Of a DNA stretch of 64,000 bases, positions 1 to 10,833 are shown one piece after another. The stretch is from assembly GCA_000146045.2 (NCBI GenBank), contig BK006941.2, positions 512,001 through 576,000 on the forward strand. The letters are read 5' to 3'. Every line of letters starts with the position of its first letter. Position 1 is the first letter of the stretch. The notes under the pieces are model-generated. The model was given only the letters and a program-made list of their open reading frames with translations, did not search any database and was not told the origin of the DNA. This DNA comes from TPA_inf: Saccharomyces. Taxonomy: Eukaryota. The position numbers and the translations under genes are program-made.

Positions 1-732
1 CAAGATCCTGAAAAACTGCCTCTGATCATCGTTGCTTGTGGATCATTTTCTCCCATAACATACCTACATTTGAGAATGTTTGAAATGGCTTTAGATGATA
101 TCAATGAGCAAACGCGTTTTGAAGTGGTTGGTGGTTATTTTTCTCCAGTAAGTGATAACTATCAAAAGCGAGGGTTAGCCCCAGCTTATCATCGTGTCCG
201 CATGTGCGAATTAGCATGCGAGCGGACATCATCTTGGTTAATGGTTGATGCCTGGGAATCTTTACAATCAAGTTATACAAGGACAGCAAAAGTCTTGGAC
301 CATTTCAATCATGAAATAAATATCAAGAGAGGTGGAATCATGACTGTAGATGGTGAAAAAATGGGCGTAAAAATCATGTTATTGGCAGGCGGTGATCTTA
401 TCGAATCCATGGGCGAGCCTCATGTGTGGGCTGATTCAGACCTGCACCATATTTTGGGTAATTATGGATGTTTGATCGTGGAAAGGACTGGTTCTGATGT
501 TAGGTCCTTCTTGCTTTCCCATGATATCATGTATGAACACAGAAGAAATATCCTTATTATCAAACAACTTATTTACAATGATATTTCCTCTACGAAAGTG
601 CGGCTTTTCATCAGACGTGGAATGTCAGTTCAATATCTTCTTCCAAACTCTGTCATCCGTTACATCCAAGAGTATAATCTATACATTAATCAAAGTGAAC
701 CGGTCAAGCAGGTCTTGGATAGCAAAGAGTGA
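1..732 (+). CDS. NMA2: Nicotinamide mononucleotide adenylyltransferase, C-terminal part. The CDS begins upstream of the window; frame 1 is open from base 1.
   Basis: Frame 1 from base 1 reads ...KLPLIIVACGSFSPITYLHLRMFEMALD, which is the GxFxPxT/HxxH nucleotidyltransferase motif. The ORF continues to the stop at 732 and matches my memory of yeast NMA2. Confidence 0.8.
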   Translation, partial: QDPEKLPLIIVACGSFSPITYLHLRMFEMALDDINEQTRFEVVGGYFSPVSDNYQKRGLAPAYHRVRMCELACERTSSWLMVDAWESLQSSYTRTAKVLDHFNHEINIKRGGIMTVDGEKMGVKIMLLAGGDLIESMGEPHVWADSDLHHILGNYGCLIVERTGSDVRSFLLSHDIMYEHRRNILIIKQLIYNDISSTKVRLFIRRGMSVQYLLPNSVIRYIQEYNLYINQSEPVKQVLDSKE

Positions 733-1158
733 GTTTATTACAACTCTGATACTGCAGCAGTTCAAATTTACCACTTTCCTCTTCAAGGTGCATAGAAAAA
801 AAGTTCCTGGATGCACGATTTAAAATGTTTACAGCAGAGCAACAATCATGTGAACAATGTCAAACATTTATTTTAACACTTAATAATTATAATATAACCA
901 CACCAGCGGTAAGTTTCATAAGGAAAACCTTTCAGACAAACATTCCAGTGAATCGTATACGTAAATCAGCAAAATTAGCTTATAAAATACAGAATCCGAA
1001 GATACTTGATCTACTCGCGTTACTATTAATGCGGGTAATGATCTATATTGAATTTTGCACGTCTATAGTAACTTAAAAGTCTTGTAATATTTGAAGTAAC
1101 AATGCCGTATAATACTGCATAATAGCCCTATCAATCGGAATATACCAAAACATCCTTT

Positions 1159-2340
1159 ATGTCCTGTTCTCAAAATAAGACTTCTGTCAGTCTGGCCTGG
1201 CGTGAATGCATATCCATCGCTTCCGTCCTAATTGGCGCGTATGCATCATACAAATACTATAAGCTGTTCAAAACACGCGATATTCCACGTCCAAAAGAAG
1301 GCGTTGAAGAACTCATAGGAAACACTCCTCTGGTTAAGATCAGATCTCTTACCAAGGCTACTGGAGTTAACATTTACGCTAAGTTGGAGTTATGCAACCC
1401 AGCAGGAAGTGCTAAGGATAGAGTGGCTTTAAACATCATAAAGACGGCTGAGGAATTAGGCGAGCTCGTCAGAGGTGAACCTGGCTGGGTATTTGAAGGA
1501 ACAAGTGGGTCGACTGGTATCTCTATAGCAGTGGTCTGTAATGCGTTGGGTTATAGGGCACACATTTCTTTGCCCGATGACACATCGCTAGAAAAATTGG
1601 CATTACTAGAAAGCCTCGGTGCTACTGTTAATAAGGTTAAGCCCGCTAGTATTGTCGATCCAAACCAATACGTAAATGCCGCCAAAAAGGCATGTAATGA
1701 ACTAAAGAAGAGTGGTAATGGAATAAGAGCAGTTTTTGCCGATCAGTTCGAAAACGAAGCCAACTGGAAAGTACATTACCAGACCACAGGCCCAGAAATT
1801 GCCCATCAAACTAAGGGAAATATTGACGCATTCATTGCTGGCTGCGGTACTGGTGGCACCATAACTGGTGTGGCAAAATTCTTAAAGGAAAGAGCAAAGA
1901 TACCTTGCCATGTCGTTCTAGCGGATCCACAAGGATCTGGCTTTTATAATAGAGTCAACTATGGCGTGATGTATGACTATGTAGAGAAGGAAGGTACTAG
2001 AAGAAGGCATCAAGTTGACACTATCGTAGAAGGGATTGGGTTAAACAGAATCACTCATAATTTTCATATGGGCGAAAAGTTTATTGATGAATCAATACGA
2101 GTCAACGATAATCAAGCCATTAGAATGGCAAAATACCTATCGGTAAACGACGGGCTATTCGTGGGGAGTAGTACAGCTATTAATGCGGTAGCCGCTATTC
2201 AGGTTGCAAAAACGCTTCCTCACGGCTCAAACATTGTGATTATTGCATGCGACAGCGGTTCAAGACACCTAAGTAAATTCTGGAAAGAAGCTAAAGAAAT
2301 CGATCACGACGTGTCATTAGAAGAAGTAATAAATATCTAA
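1159..2340 (+). CDS. MCY1: PLP-dependent cysteine synthase / CBS-like protein (YGR012W), 393 aa
   Basis: 393-aa ORF with an N-terminal TM segment and a cysteine synthase fold (SAKDR lysine motif, GTGGT glycine loop). Its position between NMA2 and SNU71 fits YGR012W. Confidence 0.75.
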   Translation: MSCSQNKTSVSLAWRECISIASVLIGAYASYKYYKLFKTRDIPRPKEGVEELIGNTPLVKIRSLTKATGVNIYAKLELCNPAGSAKDRVALNIIKTAEELGELVRGEPGWVFEGTSGSTGISIAVVCNALGYRAHISLPDDTSLEKLALLESLGATVNKVKPASIVDPNQYVNAAKKACNELKKSGNGIRAVFADQFENEANWKVHYQTTGPEIAHQTKGNIDAFIAGCGTGGTITGVAKFLKERAKIPCHVVLADPQGSGFYNRVNYGVMYDYVEKEGTRRRHQVDTIVEGIGLNRITHNFHMGEKFIDESIRVNDNQAIRMAKYLSVNDGLFVGSSTAINAVAAIQVAKTLPHGSNIVIIACDSGSRHLSKFWKEAKEIDHDVSLEEVINI

Positions 2341-2553
2341 CATAGATGTATAAATCAGTACTGAGTTATCTTCTATTAAATTGTAGGAACAAATATAAAA
2401 AAGCAGTTTTCGCTGCTACATTTTTTGCTACTTTCCGTGGTAATGATGCCCGCTAAAAAGTGCAAAAGTAATTAGATAGATCAAGAACAAAAACAGACCA
2501 GGACCAAAATCAAGCTCATAAAAGTTCCTTAAGAGTACGTCGATTTACAGAAC

Positions 2554-4416
2554 ATGAGGGATATTGTATTTGTATCACCGCAGCTGTATTTGTCATCACA
2601 GGAGGGTTGGAAAAGTGATTCTGCCAAAAGTGGGTTCATCCCTATCCTCAAAAATGATCTACAACGTTTTCAGGACTCATTAAAACATATAGTTGACGCC
2701 AGAAACAGCTTATCAGAGACACTGCTAAATAGCAACGATGATGGGAGTATACACAATTCTGACCAGAATACTGGTTTGAATAAAGACAAAGAGGCTTCAA
2801 TAGCAGATAACAATAGTGCTAACAAGTGCGCCACAAGCTCTTCCCGTTACCAAGAGCTCAAACAATTTCTTCCCATTTCCTTAGACCAACAGATTCATAC
2901 AGTATCTTTACAAGGTGTCTCTTCATCATTTTCTCGCGGACAGATAGAATCATTGCTAGACCACTGTTTGAATTTAGCGTTGACTGAAACTCAAAGCAAT
3001 TCCGCATTGAAAGTAGAAGCTTGGTCTTCTTTTTCTTCGTTTTTAGATACCCAGGACATTTTTATAAGATTCAGTAAGGTTGATGAAGATGAGGCATTTG
3101 TTAATACGCTGAACTACTGCAAAGCCTTATTCGCGTTTATTAGAAAGCTACATGAGGATTTCAAGATTGAGTTACACTTGGATTTGAACACAAAAGAATA
3201 TGTCGAAGACCGAACAGGAACTATACCGAGTGTTAAGCCAGAAAAGGCTAGCGAATTTTATTCTGTTTTCAAAAACATTGAAGATCAAACAGACGAAAGA
3301 AATTCAAAGAAAGAACAGTTGGATGACTCTTCCACACAATACAAAGTGGATACAAACACTTTAAGTGATTTGCCATCGGATGCTTTGGACCAATTGTGCA
3401 AGGATATAATAGAATTTAGGACAAAAGTTGTCAGTATAGAGAAAGAAAAAAAAATGAAAAGTACGTACGAGGAAAGTAGGCGTCAAAGACACCAAATGCA
3501 AAAAGTTTTTGATCAAATAAGGAAAAACCACTCAGGAGCCAAAGGGAGCGCCAATACAGAGGAGGAGGATACTAATATGGAAGATGAAGATGAGGAGGAT
3601 GACACTGAAGACGACCTTGCCTTAGAGAAGAGAAAAGAAGAAAGAGACCTGGAAGAATCAAATCGTAGATATGAGGATATGTTACACCAATTACATTCCA
3701 ATACAGAGCCTAAGATAAAATCCATTAGGGCTGATATCATGAGTGCTGAAAACTATGAGGAACATTTGGAGAAAAATCGCTCATTATATTTGAAGGAGCT
3801 ATTACACCTTGCCAACGACGTTCATTACGACCACCATAGATCTTTCAAGGAGCAAGAGGAAAGAAGGGACGAAGAGGATAGAGCTAAAAATGGAAATGCA
3901 AAGGAACTGGCGCCTATACAACTATCGGATGGTAAGGCCATATCTGCAGGGAAGGCTGCCGCCATCACCCTTCCTGAAGGCACTGTGAAGAGCGAGAACT
4001 ATAACGCGGACAAGAATGTGTCTGAGAGCTCAGAACACGTCAAGATCAAATTCGACTTTAAGAAGGCTATTGATCACTCAGTTGAAAGCTCTAGCGAAGA
4101 CGAGGGATACAGAGAGAGCGAGCTACCTCCAACAAAACCCTCCGAGAGAAGCGCGGCAGAGGACCGTTTGCCATTTACAGCAGATGAACTGAACATAAGA
4201 CTAACTAATCTGAAGGAATCGCGCTACGTGGACGAACTGGTGCGTGAATTCCTCGGCGTCTACGAGGACGAGCTGGTGGAATACATTCTTGAGAACATCC
4301 GCGTGAACCAGAGCAAACAGGCCCTTTTAAATGAGCTAAGGGAGACTTTCGACGAGGACGGGGAAACGATAGCTGATAGACTGTGGAGTCGTAAAGAATT
4401 TCGCTTGGGGACCTGA
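2554..4416 (+). CDS. SNU71: U1 snRNP component Snu71, 620 aa
   Basis: 620-aa ORF with an acidic and charged central region. Length and neighbouring genes match YGR013W. Confidence 0.8.
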   Translation: MRDIVFVSPQLYLSSQEGWKSDSAKSGFIPILKNDLQRFQDSLKHIVDARNSLSETLLNSNDDGSIHNSDQNTGLNKDKEASIADNNSANKCATSSSRYQELKQFLPISLDQQIHTVSLQGVSSSFSRGQIESLLDHCLNLALTETQSNSALKVEAWSSFSSFLDTQDIFIRFSKVDEDEAFVNTLNYCKALFAFIRKLHEDFKIELHLDLNTKEYVEDRTGTIPSVKPEKASEFYSVFKNIEDQTDERNSKKEQLDDSSTQYKVDTNTLSDLPSDALDQLCKDIIEFRTKVVSIEKEKKMKSTYEESRRQRHQMQKVFDQIRKNHSGAKGSANTEEEDTNMEDEDEEDDTEDDLALEKRKEERDLEESNRRYEDMLHQLHSNTEPKIKSIRADIMSAENYEEHLEKNRSLYLKELLHLANDVHYDHHRSFKEQEERRDEEDRAKNGNAKELAPIQLSDGKAISAGKAAAITLPEGTVKSENYNADKNVSESSEHVKIKFDFKKAIDHSVESSSEDEGYRESELPPTKPSERSAAEDRLPFTADELNIRLTNLKESRYVDELVREFLGVYEDELVEYILENIRVNQSKQALLNELRETFDEDGETIADRLWSRKEFRLGT

Positions 4417-4942
4417 AACAGAAGGGCCTTGGCGCGCGTCCCAAAAGGGAAAGGCTCGCTCTGAAACAGGCGAAGACACGAAAACAAATTACCGTTTCGG
4501 GGCGTTTTGCAGCAAGTGGCTAGACACGTCGGGCGTTGCCAGATCAAAATAGCACCAGTGGGTGTTTTTTTACTATCTCATCTTCGTGCTGATATATATA
4601 ACTTTTATACATTTCCATAGTACCAAGTTCTTTATTTCCTGCATTTTTACATTTATAATAGATTACCAAAACTATTCGACCTCACCAAGGGACCCCATAA
4701 TATTGCTAAAATAATCTTACCTGTTTTTTACCATTTTTTTCTTTTTTTCCAGAAGTAATAAGCTCTCTCTTAGAAGAACTAAAAGCATCTGACTTCGGCT
4801 CGTTCCAACCGACCAAAATATTTGTGAAAATATTATTCATTCCTTTAACGACTTATTGTGTATTCTGTTCATCTCTAGCTGGCTTCCACCTCGTTTCCTA
4901 TTTTTATTGACTTTTCATTAGGCTTCCTAATTATACCCATCT

Positions 4943-7900
4943 ATGCAGTTTCCATTCGCTTGTCTCCTATCGACCCTTGTAATTAGTGGGTCATTGGCCC
5001 GGGCCAGCCCCTTCGACTTTATATTCGGCAATGGAACGCAACAAGCTCAGAGCCAAAGCGAGAGTCAAGGTCAAGTTTCTTTCACCAATGAAGCTTCTCA
5101 GGATAGTTCCACCACCTCTTTGGTAACAGCCTATTCTCAAGGTGTTCATTCGCACCAGTCTGCAACAATAGTGAGTGCCACAATCTCTTCCCTCCCATCT
5201 ACTTGGTATGATGCGAGCTCCACTTCCCAGACTTCTGTGTCATATGCCAGTCAAGAATCCGACTATGCCGTTAATCAAAACTCTTGGAGCGCGTCTACTA
5301 ATCAACTGCCATCTACCAGTACGACAAGCTACTATGCGCCAACCTTCAGTACATCGGCCGATTTTGCTGCTTCTAGTGTAAATGCAGCTTCTGATGTCTC
5401 CACTGCCAGTGTTCCCATTGATACGAGTGCTAATTCTATCCCTTTCACAACTACAAGTAACATAGAGACTACAACGAGTGCACCTCTCACTTCGGACACT
5501 CCACTTATTTCCACTAGTACGATGTCCGCAGCTGATAACGTATTTTCGTCAGCAAACCCTATTTCTGCCTCCCTAACAACCACCGATAGTTCAGAAAGTT
5601 TTGACCAAACTTCGACTGCTGGTGCCATTCCGGTGCAAAGTTCAGCAGATTTTAGTAGTTCTAGTGAAATTTTAGTACAAAGTTCGGCGGATTTCAGTAG
5701 CCCTAGTTCTCCAACTACTACCGATATATCGCTATCAGCTGCCCCACTGCAAACAAGTGAATCAAGCAGTTTTACCACTGCATCAGCAGCTCTACCAGTA
5801 AGTTCAACAGACGTTGATGGCTCAAGCGCCTCACCTGTAGTGAGCATGAGCGCCGCAGGACAAATAGCTAGCTCAAGCAGCACAGATAATCCAACTATGT
5901 CAGAAACCTTTTCGTTAACATCTACAGAAGTTGATGGTTCCGATGTTTCATCAACAGTGAGCGCATTATTATCGGCTCCTTTTTTACAAACAAGTACTTC
6001 CAACAGTTTCAGCATTGTTAGCCCATCGGTATCTTTTGTTCCATCACAGAGTTCCTCAGACGTTGCTAGCTCCAGTACTGCAAATGTAGTTAGTTCATCC
6101 TTTTCTGATATTCCACCGCAAACTAGTACCTCAGGGAGCGTAGTTTCGGTAGCGCAATCCGCATCTGCCCTCGCATTTCAAAGTTCAACAGAGGTATATG
6201 GTGCCAGTGCCTCGAGCACAATGAGTTCATTATTATCAACTACTTCGCTACAGTCTACTACTTTGGATAGCTCAAGTTTAGCTAGCTCCTCTGCGTCGAG
6301 TTCAGACCTTACAGATTATGGCGTCTCCAGTACAGCAAGCATACCGCTGTTGTCAGCCTCAGAACAAGCAAGTACTTCCAGCAGTTTTAGCGTTGTTAGC
6401 CCTTCGGTATCTTTTGTTCCATCACAAAGTTCCTCAGATGTTGCTAGCACCAGTGCTCCAAGTGTAGTTAGTTCATCCTTTTCTTATACTTCACTGCAAG
6501 CAGGTGGCTCTAGCATGACCAATCCCTCTTCATCAACTATAGTATATTCAAGTAGTACTGGCAGTTCTGAGGAATCCGCTGCATCTACAGCTTCTGCAAC
6601 ACTGTCGGGCTCCTCGTCTACTTATATGGCAGGAAATTTGCAATCACAGCCTCCATCCACTTCAAGTTTGCTTTCGGAGTCTCAAGCTACAAGCACTTCA
6701 GCTGTGCTAGCTAGCAGTTCTGTTTCTACAACTTCACCCTATACCACTGCAGGTGGTGCATCTACAGAGGCCTCATCCCTCATATCATCTACATCTGCGG
6801 AAACTTCCCAGGTAAGTTATTCACAAAGCACAACTGCATTGCAAACTTCCTCATTCGCATCGTCTTCAACAACAGAAGGAAGTGAAACATCTAGTCAAGG
6901 TTTTTCTACCAGCTCTGTTTTAGTTCAAATGCCTTCTTCGATTTCCAGCGAATTCTCACCCTCTCAGACGACAACTCAAATGAATTCTGCAAGCTCATCA
7001 TCTCAGTACACTATATCATCCACTGGTATACTTTCTCAGGTTTCAGACACATCGGTGTCTTATACAACTTCAAGTTCGTCTGTTTCTCAAGTTTCAGACA
7101 CACCAGTTTCTTATACAACTTCAAGTTCGTCTGTTTCTCAAGTTTCAGACACACCGGTTTCTTATACAACTTCAAGTTCGTCTGTTTCTCAAGTTTCAGA
7201 CACACCAGTTTCTTATACAACTTCAAGTTCATCTGTTTCTCAAGTTTCAGACACACCGGTTTCTTATACAACTTCAAGTTCGTCCGTTTCTCAAGTTTCA
7301 GACACGTCAGTACCTTCTACAAGTTCCAGATCGTCCGTTTCTCAAGTCTCAGACACTCCGGTGCCTTCTACAAGTTCAAGGTCGTCCGTTTCTCAAACAT
7401 CTAGCTCACTACAGCCCACCACTACATCCTCCCAACGTTTCACCATTTCCACTCATGGAGCGCTTTCTGAAAGTAGTTCTGTTAGCCAACAAGCTTCTGA
7501 GATTACTAGCTCAATCAATGCAACAGCTTCCGAATACCATAGCATCCAGACAACCGCGGCTACTCAATCCACAACTCTATCTTTTACCGACGCAAACAGC
7601 AGTTCTGCTTCCGCTCCATTGGAAGTGGCAACGTCTACGCCAACCCCATCTTCAAAGGCATCCTCTCTGTTGCTTACACCATCAACATCCTCTTTAAGTC
7701 AGGTTGCTACAAATACTAATGTACAGACGAGTTTAACAACGGAATCGACGACCGTTTTAGAACCATCAACGACTAACAGTTCCAGTACGTTTAGTCTGGT
7801 CACTTCAAGTGACAACAATTGGTGGATTCCAACTGAGTTAATCACGCAGGCACCAGAAGCTGCATCCACTGCATCTTCTACCGTTGGAGGAACACAAACT

Positions 7901-8863
7901 ATGACTTTGCCCCATGCAATTGCAGCCGCGACACAAGTTCCCGAGCCTGAGGGCTACACCCTAATCACAATAGGGTTCAAAAAAGCTTTGAACTACGAAT
8001 TTGTTGTATCAGAACCAAAATCATCGGCTCAAATCTTCGGATACTTGCCTGAAGCTCTGAACACACCTTTTAAGAACGTATTCACAAACATTACGGTACT
8101 ACAAATAGTGCCATTACAGGATGACTCACTCAACTACTTAGTAAGTGTTGCTGAAGTATACTTTCCAACTGCAGAAATAGAGGAGCTGTCAAATCTAATT
8201 ACCAACTCTTCAAGCGCTTTTTACACGGATGGAATGGGTACAGCAAAATCTATGGCTGCAATGGTTGATTCCTCAATACCGCTAACGGGCCTCTTACACG
8301 ATAGTAACAGCAACTCTGGCGGATCTTCGGACGGATCCTCCTCCAGTAATTCGAACTCAGGATCTTCAGGTTCAGGATCTAATTCGAACTCCGGTGTGTC
8401 TTCATCTTCCGGAAATTCCTATCAAGATGCCGGTACTTTGGAATATTCATCCAAATCTAACTCCAACGTATCCACTTCTAGCAAATCAAAGAAAAAAATC
8501 ATTGGTTTAGTTATCGGCGTTGTTGTTGGTGGATGCTTATATATTTTATTCATGATTTTTGCTTTCAAGTATATCATAAGAAGGCGGATTCAAAGTCAAG
8601 AAATTATCAAGAACCCAGAAATTTCCAGTATCAGTTCAAGTGAATTTGGTGGAGAGAAAAATTACAATAATGAAAAGAGAATGAGCGTTCAAGAATCCAT
8701 AACACAATCTATGCGAATTCAAAATTGGATGGATGATAGTTACTATGGTCACGGGTTGACAAATAATGACTCAACTCCAACCAGGCACAATACATCGAGT
8801 TCCATACCAAAAATTTCAAGACCAATTGCTAGCCAAAACTCCCTGGGTTGGAACGAAGTTTGA
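4943..8863 (+). CDS. MSB2: Signalling mucin Msb2 (HOG/filamentous-growth osmosensor), 1306 aa
   Basis: 1306-aa ORF with a signal peptide, a very long Ser/Thr-rich mucin domain containing tandem repeats, a C-terminal TM helix (IIGLVIGVVVGGCLYILFMIFAF) and a short cytoplasmic tail. Confidence 0.9.
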   Translation: MQFPFACLLSTLVISGSLARASPFDFIFGNGTQQAQSQSESQGQVSFTNEASQDSSTTSLVTAYSQGVHSHQSATIVSATISSLPSTWYDASSTSQTSVSYASQESDYAVNQNSWSASTNQLPSTSTTSYYAPTFSTSADFAASSVNAASDVSTASVPIDTSANSIPFTTTSNIETTTSAPLTSDTPLISTSTMSAADNVFSSANPISASLTTTDSSESFDQTSTAGAIPVQSSADFSSSSEILVQSSADFSSPSSPTTTDISLSAAPLQTSESSSFTTASAALPVSSTDVDGSSASPVVSMSAAGQIASSSSTDNPTMSETFSLTSTEVDGSDVSSTVSALLSAPFLQTSTSNSFSIVSPSVSFVPSQSSSDVASSSTANVVSSSFSDIPPQTSTSGSVVSVAQSASALAFQSSTEVYGASASSTMSSLLSTTSLQSTTLDSSSLASSSASSSDLTDYGVSSTASIPLLSASEQASTSSSFSVVSPSVSFVPSQSSSDVASTSAPSVVSSSFSYTSLQAGGSSMTNPSSSTIVYSSSTGSSEESAASTASATLSGSSSTYMAGNLQSQPPSTSSLLSESQATSTSAVLASSSVSTTSPYTTAGGASTEASSLISSTSAETSQVSYSQSTTALQTSSFASSSTTEGSETSSQGFSTSSVLVQMPSSISSEFSPSQTTTQMNSASSSSQYTISSTGILSQVSDTSVSYTTSSSSVSQVSDTPVSYTTSSSSVSQVSDTPVSYTTSSSSVSQVSDTPVSYTTSSSSVSQVSDTPVSYTTSSSSVSQVSDTSVPSTSSRSSVSQVSDTPVPSTSSRSSVSQTSSSLQPTTTSSQRFTISTHGALSESSSVSQQASEITSSINATASEYHSIQTTAATQSTTLSFTDANSSSASAPLEVATSTPTPSSKASSLLLTPSTSSLSQVATNTNVQTSLTTESTTVLEPSTTNSSSTFSLVTSSDNNWWIPTELITQAPEAASTASSTVGGTQTMTLPHAIAAATQVPEPEGYTLITIGFKKALNYEFVVSEPKSSAQIFGYLPEALNTPFKNVFTNITVLQIVPLQDDSLNYLVSVAEVYFPTAEIEELSNLITNSSSAFYTDGMGTAKSMAAMVDSSIPLTGLLHDSNSNSGGSSDGSSSSNSNSGSSGSGSNSNSGVSSSSGNSYQDAGTLEYSSKSNSNVSTSSKSKKKIIGLVIGVVVGGCLYILFMIFAFKYIIRRRIQSQEIIKNPEISSISSSEFGGEKNYNNEKRMSVQESITQSMRIQNWMDDSYYGHGLTNNDSTPTRHNTSSSIPKISRPIASQNSLGWNEV
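7036..7395 (+). repeat. Tandem 51-bp repeat, about 7 copies, inside the MSB2 coding sequence. It encodes the 17-aa unit SSSSVSQVSDTPVSYTT.
   Basis: The unit tcaagttcgtctgtttctcaagtttcagacacaccagtttcttatacaact repeats head-to-tail with a few substitutions. It also produces an antisense repeat-derived ORF at 7011-7277. Confidence 0.9.
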
Positions 8864-9089
8864 TAGCAATGTCTGCAGAGACTTTCTCCGCTTGCATAAC
8901 CTTATAAACTTATAACGATACCTACTTATTTCATATCTTATGTATAGTTCTCCTTCAAGGAGACGTTGTTTTAATACTTTTATCTATTCCATTTATCATT
9001 ATCTACTTTGTAATCAAAGATCGAAGCACTGCTGTGTGCGTTGATTTGGGCCTGACACGAGAAGAAAGTGCGTTACGTACATCAAGATT

Positions 9090-10076
9090 TTATTCAAAAT
9101 CCAGCGTCTCCTCCGCAAAAAAGTTCAGAATACATTTGAATGAGTCCTCTGGATTCTCCAACAGTAAATTATGCCCAGTATTAAATTCTCGGACATCAGC
9201 ACAGGGAAAGTTATACCTCAGGAGGGAATAATCATTGTTAATAAAGTTAGACTGCAGGCCTTTCATGAATAAAACTTTACGACTGGCTGTGCCTTTTTGG
9301 AAGAAGTCCCTTTGGTTCGATAGATCCGGCCATTTTTTCACTTCATCCAACAGGTTCGGCATGCTGGAGAGAGGCATTGAGTAATTTATATAAGGATCAT
9401 GCTGTTGTTGTTCATAGTGTAACTGTGCTTGGTGTACATTATTGGATTTTACAGAAAGAAAACCGTTGGCAAAGTAGAGTGCCACAGCTCCACCACATTT
9501 CCTCTTATTACATTCCAAACTTTTGAAAAGCTCAAGAACTTTTTTCTGCCAGCTGGGGGAACCTCTTAAAATCTTGACATCTCTGCGGATAATCCGCATT
9601 ATTAAGTCATAGTTTTGTAATATCATGGGATCTAATTCTGGGGTTTCATAAGGCGGTAAATCAATTGATATACACTTTCGTATATTAATATTCTTGTACA
9701 ATGTGGTTAATAATGCAATTTTACCACCCATAGAGAATCCCAGTAAATAAATAGGTCTCTCCAAGCCAATATGAGTTTCAATAAAATAAATCAAATCATT
9801 GGTCAGTGTAGTGTAGTCATAAGGTATTGCTTTTGGTGAAATGCCATGATTTCTTACATCAACAGAAAAAATATCCGCGTCAAGCTTCCTTGAAAGAAGC
9901 TTATTGAGAGAATGAAACATCACGTGTGAGCCCAAAAGGCCATGGATGTTAATAATTGCAGGTCTTTGCTCGAATTTTATTAGCGATGAAACATCTGAGG
10001 GTAAACGCGTTCTATGGAATGATAAATCGACAATTATTTTATAAGGTAGCGCTTTATTATGCGCTAGTCTCGACAT
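9090..10076 (-). CDS. Alpha/beta-hydrolase fold protein (YGR015C), 328 aa, ABHD11-like
   Basis: 328-aa ORF with the GFSMGG nucleophile-elbow motif and an HG oxyanion motif. It is a paralogue-like relative of IMO32 found later in the window. Confidence 0.75.
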   Translation of the reverse strand: MSRLAHNKALPYKIIVDLSFHRTRLPSDVSSLIKFEQRPAIINIHGLLGSHVMFHSLNKLLSRKLDADIFSVDVRNHGISPKAIPYDYTTLTNDLIYFIETHIGLERPIYLLGFSMGGKIALLTTLYKNINIRKCISIDLPPYETPELDPMILQNYDLIMRIIRRDVKILRGSPSWQKKVLELFKSLECNKRKCGGAVALYFANGFLSVKSNNVHQAQLHYEQQQHDPYINYSMPLSSMPNLLDEVKKWPDLSNQRDFFQKGTASRKVLFMKGLQSNFINNDYSLLRYNFPCADVREFNTGHNLLLENPEDSFKCILNFFAEETLDFE

Positions 10077-10260
10077 TTGTAAGCCCTCTTCCCACGGTTC
10101 CTTTTATTTTGCAGTTTGTATACGTCTCGACCTTGGCATGAGACAAAAACAGTTTCCCCAAAAGACGCGCTGTGGTATTCAGTAAAGGCTGGTTTCTATG
10201 ATAGGTTGAGTTTAGAATAATTTTTAAACAGGATACTAAGATAAAGCAAATATTTCAATC

Positions 10261-10833
10261 ATGTCCAGATTAAGAAGATTCAATAGAAAGATCTTAAGCT
10301 TGAGTTCTGACTACACTCATGACGGTGAATCTGATCAAGAAGATGTATCCATATTACCATTAGATACAGAAGAGCAGGAAGAACTCATACAAAAATTTGA
10401 GACTAATGCTCACATCACAAATAAGCTGTACATAAACCTGTTAAGCATATTGTATTTGCTATATGGCGGACTGCTAATGATACTCGTAAGAAAATCGCGA
10501 GGGTATATTAAGTTAGCACTTCTTGCTGGCGCTAATTCTTTGATCTGTTCGTGCATCACACTTAGATATGATATTGTAAACGACTATCTTTTGTTCAAAA
10601 AGTTTAAGTTAAGAGTGAGCAATTTTTCTATTAACATAATAAACATTATTTTACTAGTACTTATGGCTTGGATAAGTTTCAATCATGTGGTCGAAGATAA
10701 AAAAACGGTGCTCTGTTTGCAAGTTCCAATGTTTTTATTCTGGGTCGCTGTGCTTGTGAAAAGATGGGCTCGAAATATCGAAGATGAAATCGCAGATCTA
10801 AGATGCTTGAAATACAAATACAAAAATGCTTAG
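10261..10833 (+). CDS. Small membrane protein of unknown function (YGR016W), 190 aa
   Basis: 190-aa ORF with several hydrophobic helices; position matches YGR016W. Confidence 0.65.
   Translation: MSRLRRFNRKILSLSSDYTHDGESDQEDVSILPLDTEEQEELIQKFETNAHITNKLYINLLSILYLLYGGLLMILVRKSRGYIKLALLAGANSLICSCITLRYDIVNDYLLFKKFKLRVSNFSINIINIILLVLMAWISFNHVVEDKKTVLCLQVPMFLFWVAVLVKRWARNIEDEIADLRCLKYKYKNA

Noticed and set aside
5332-7277. Antisense ORFs inside MSB2 (227 aa at 5332-6015; 88-aa repeat ORF at 7011-7277)
   Set aside because: They lie inside the Ser/Thr-rich mucin region and its 51-bp tandem repeats. Their open frames arise from biased composition, and they have no domains.
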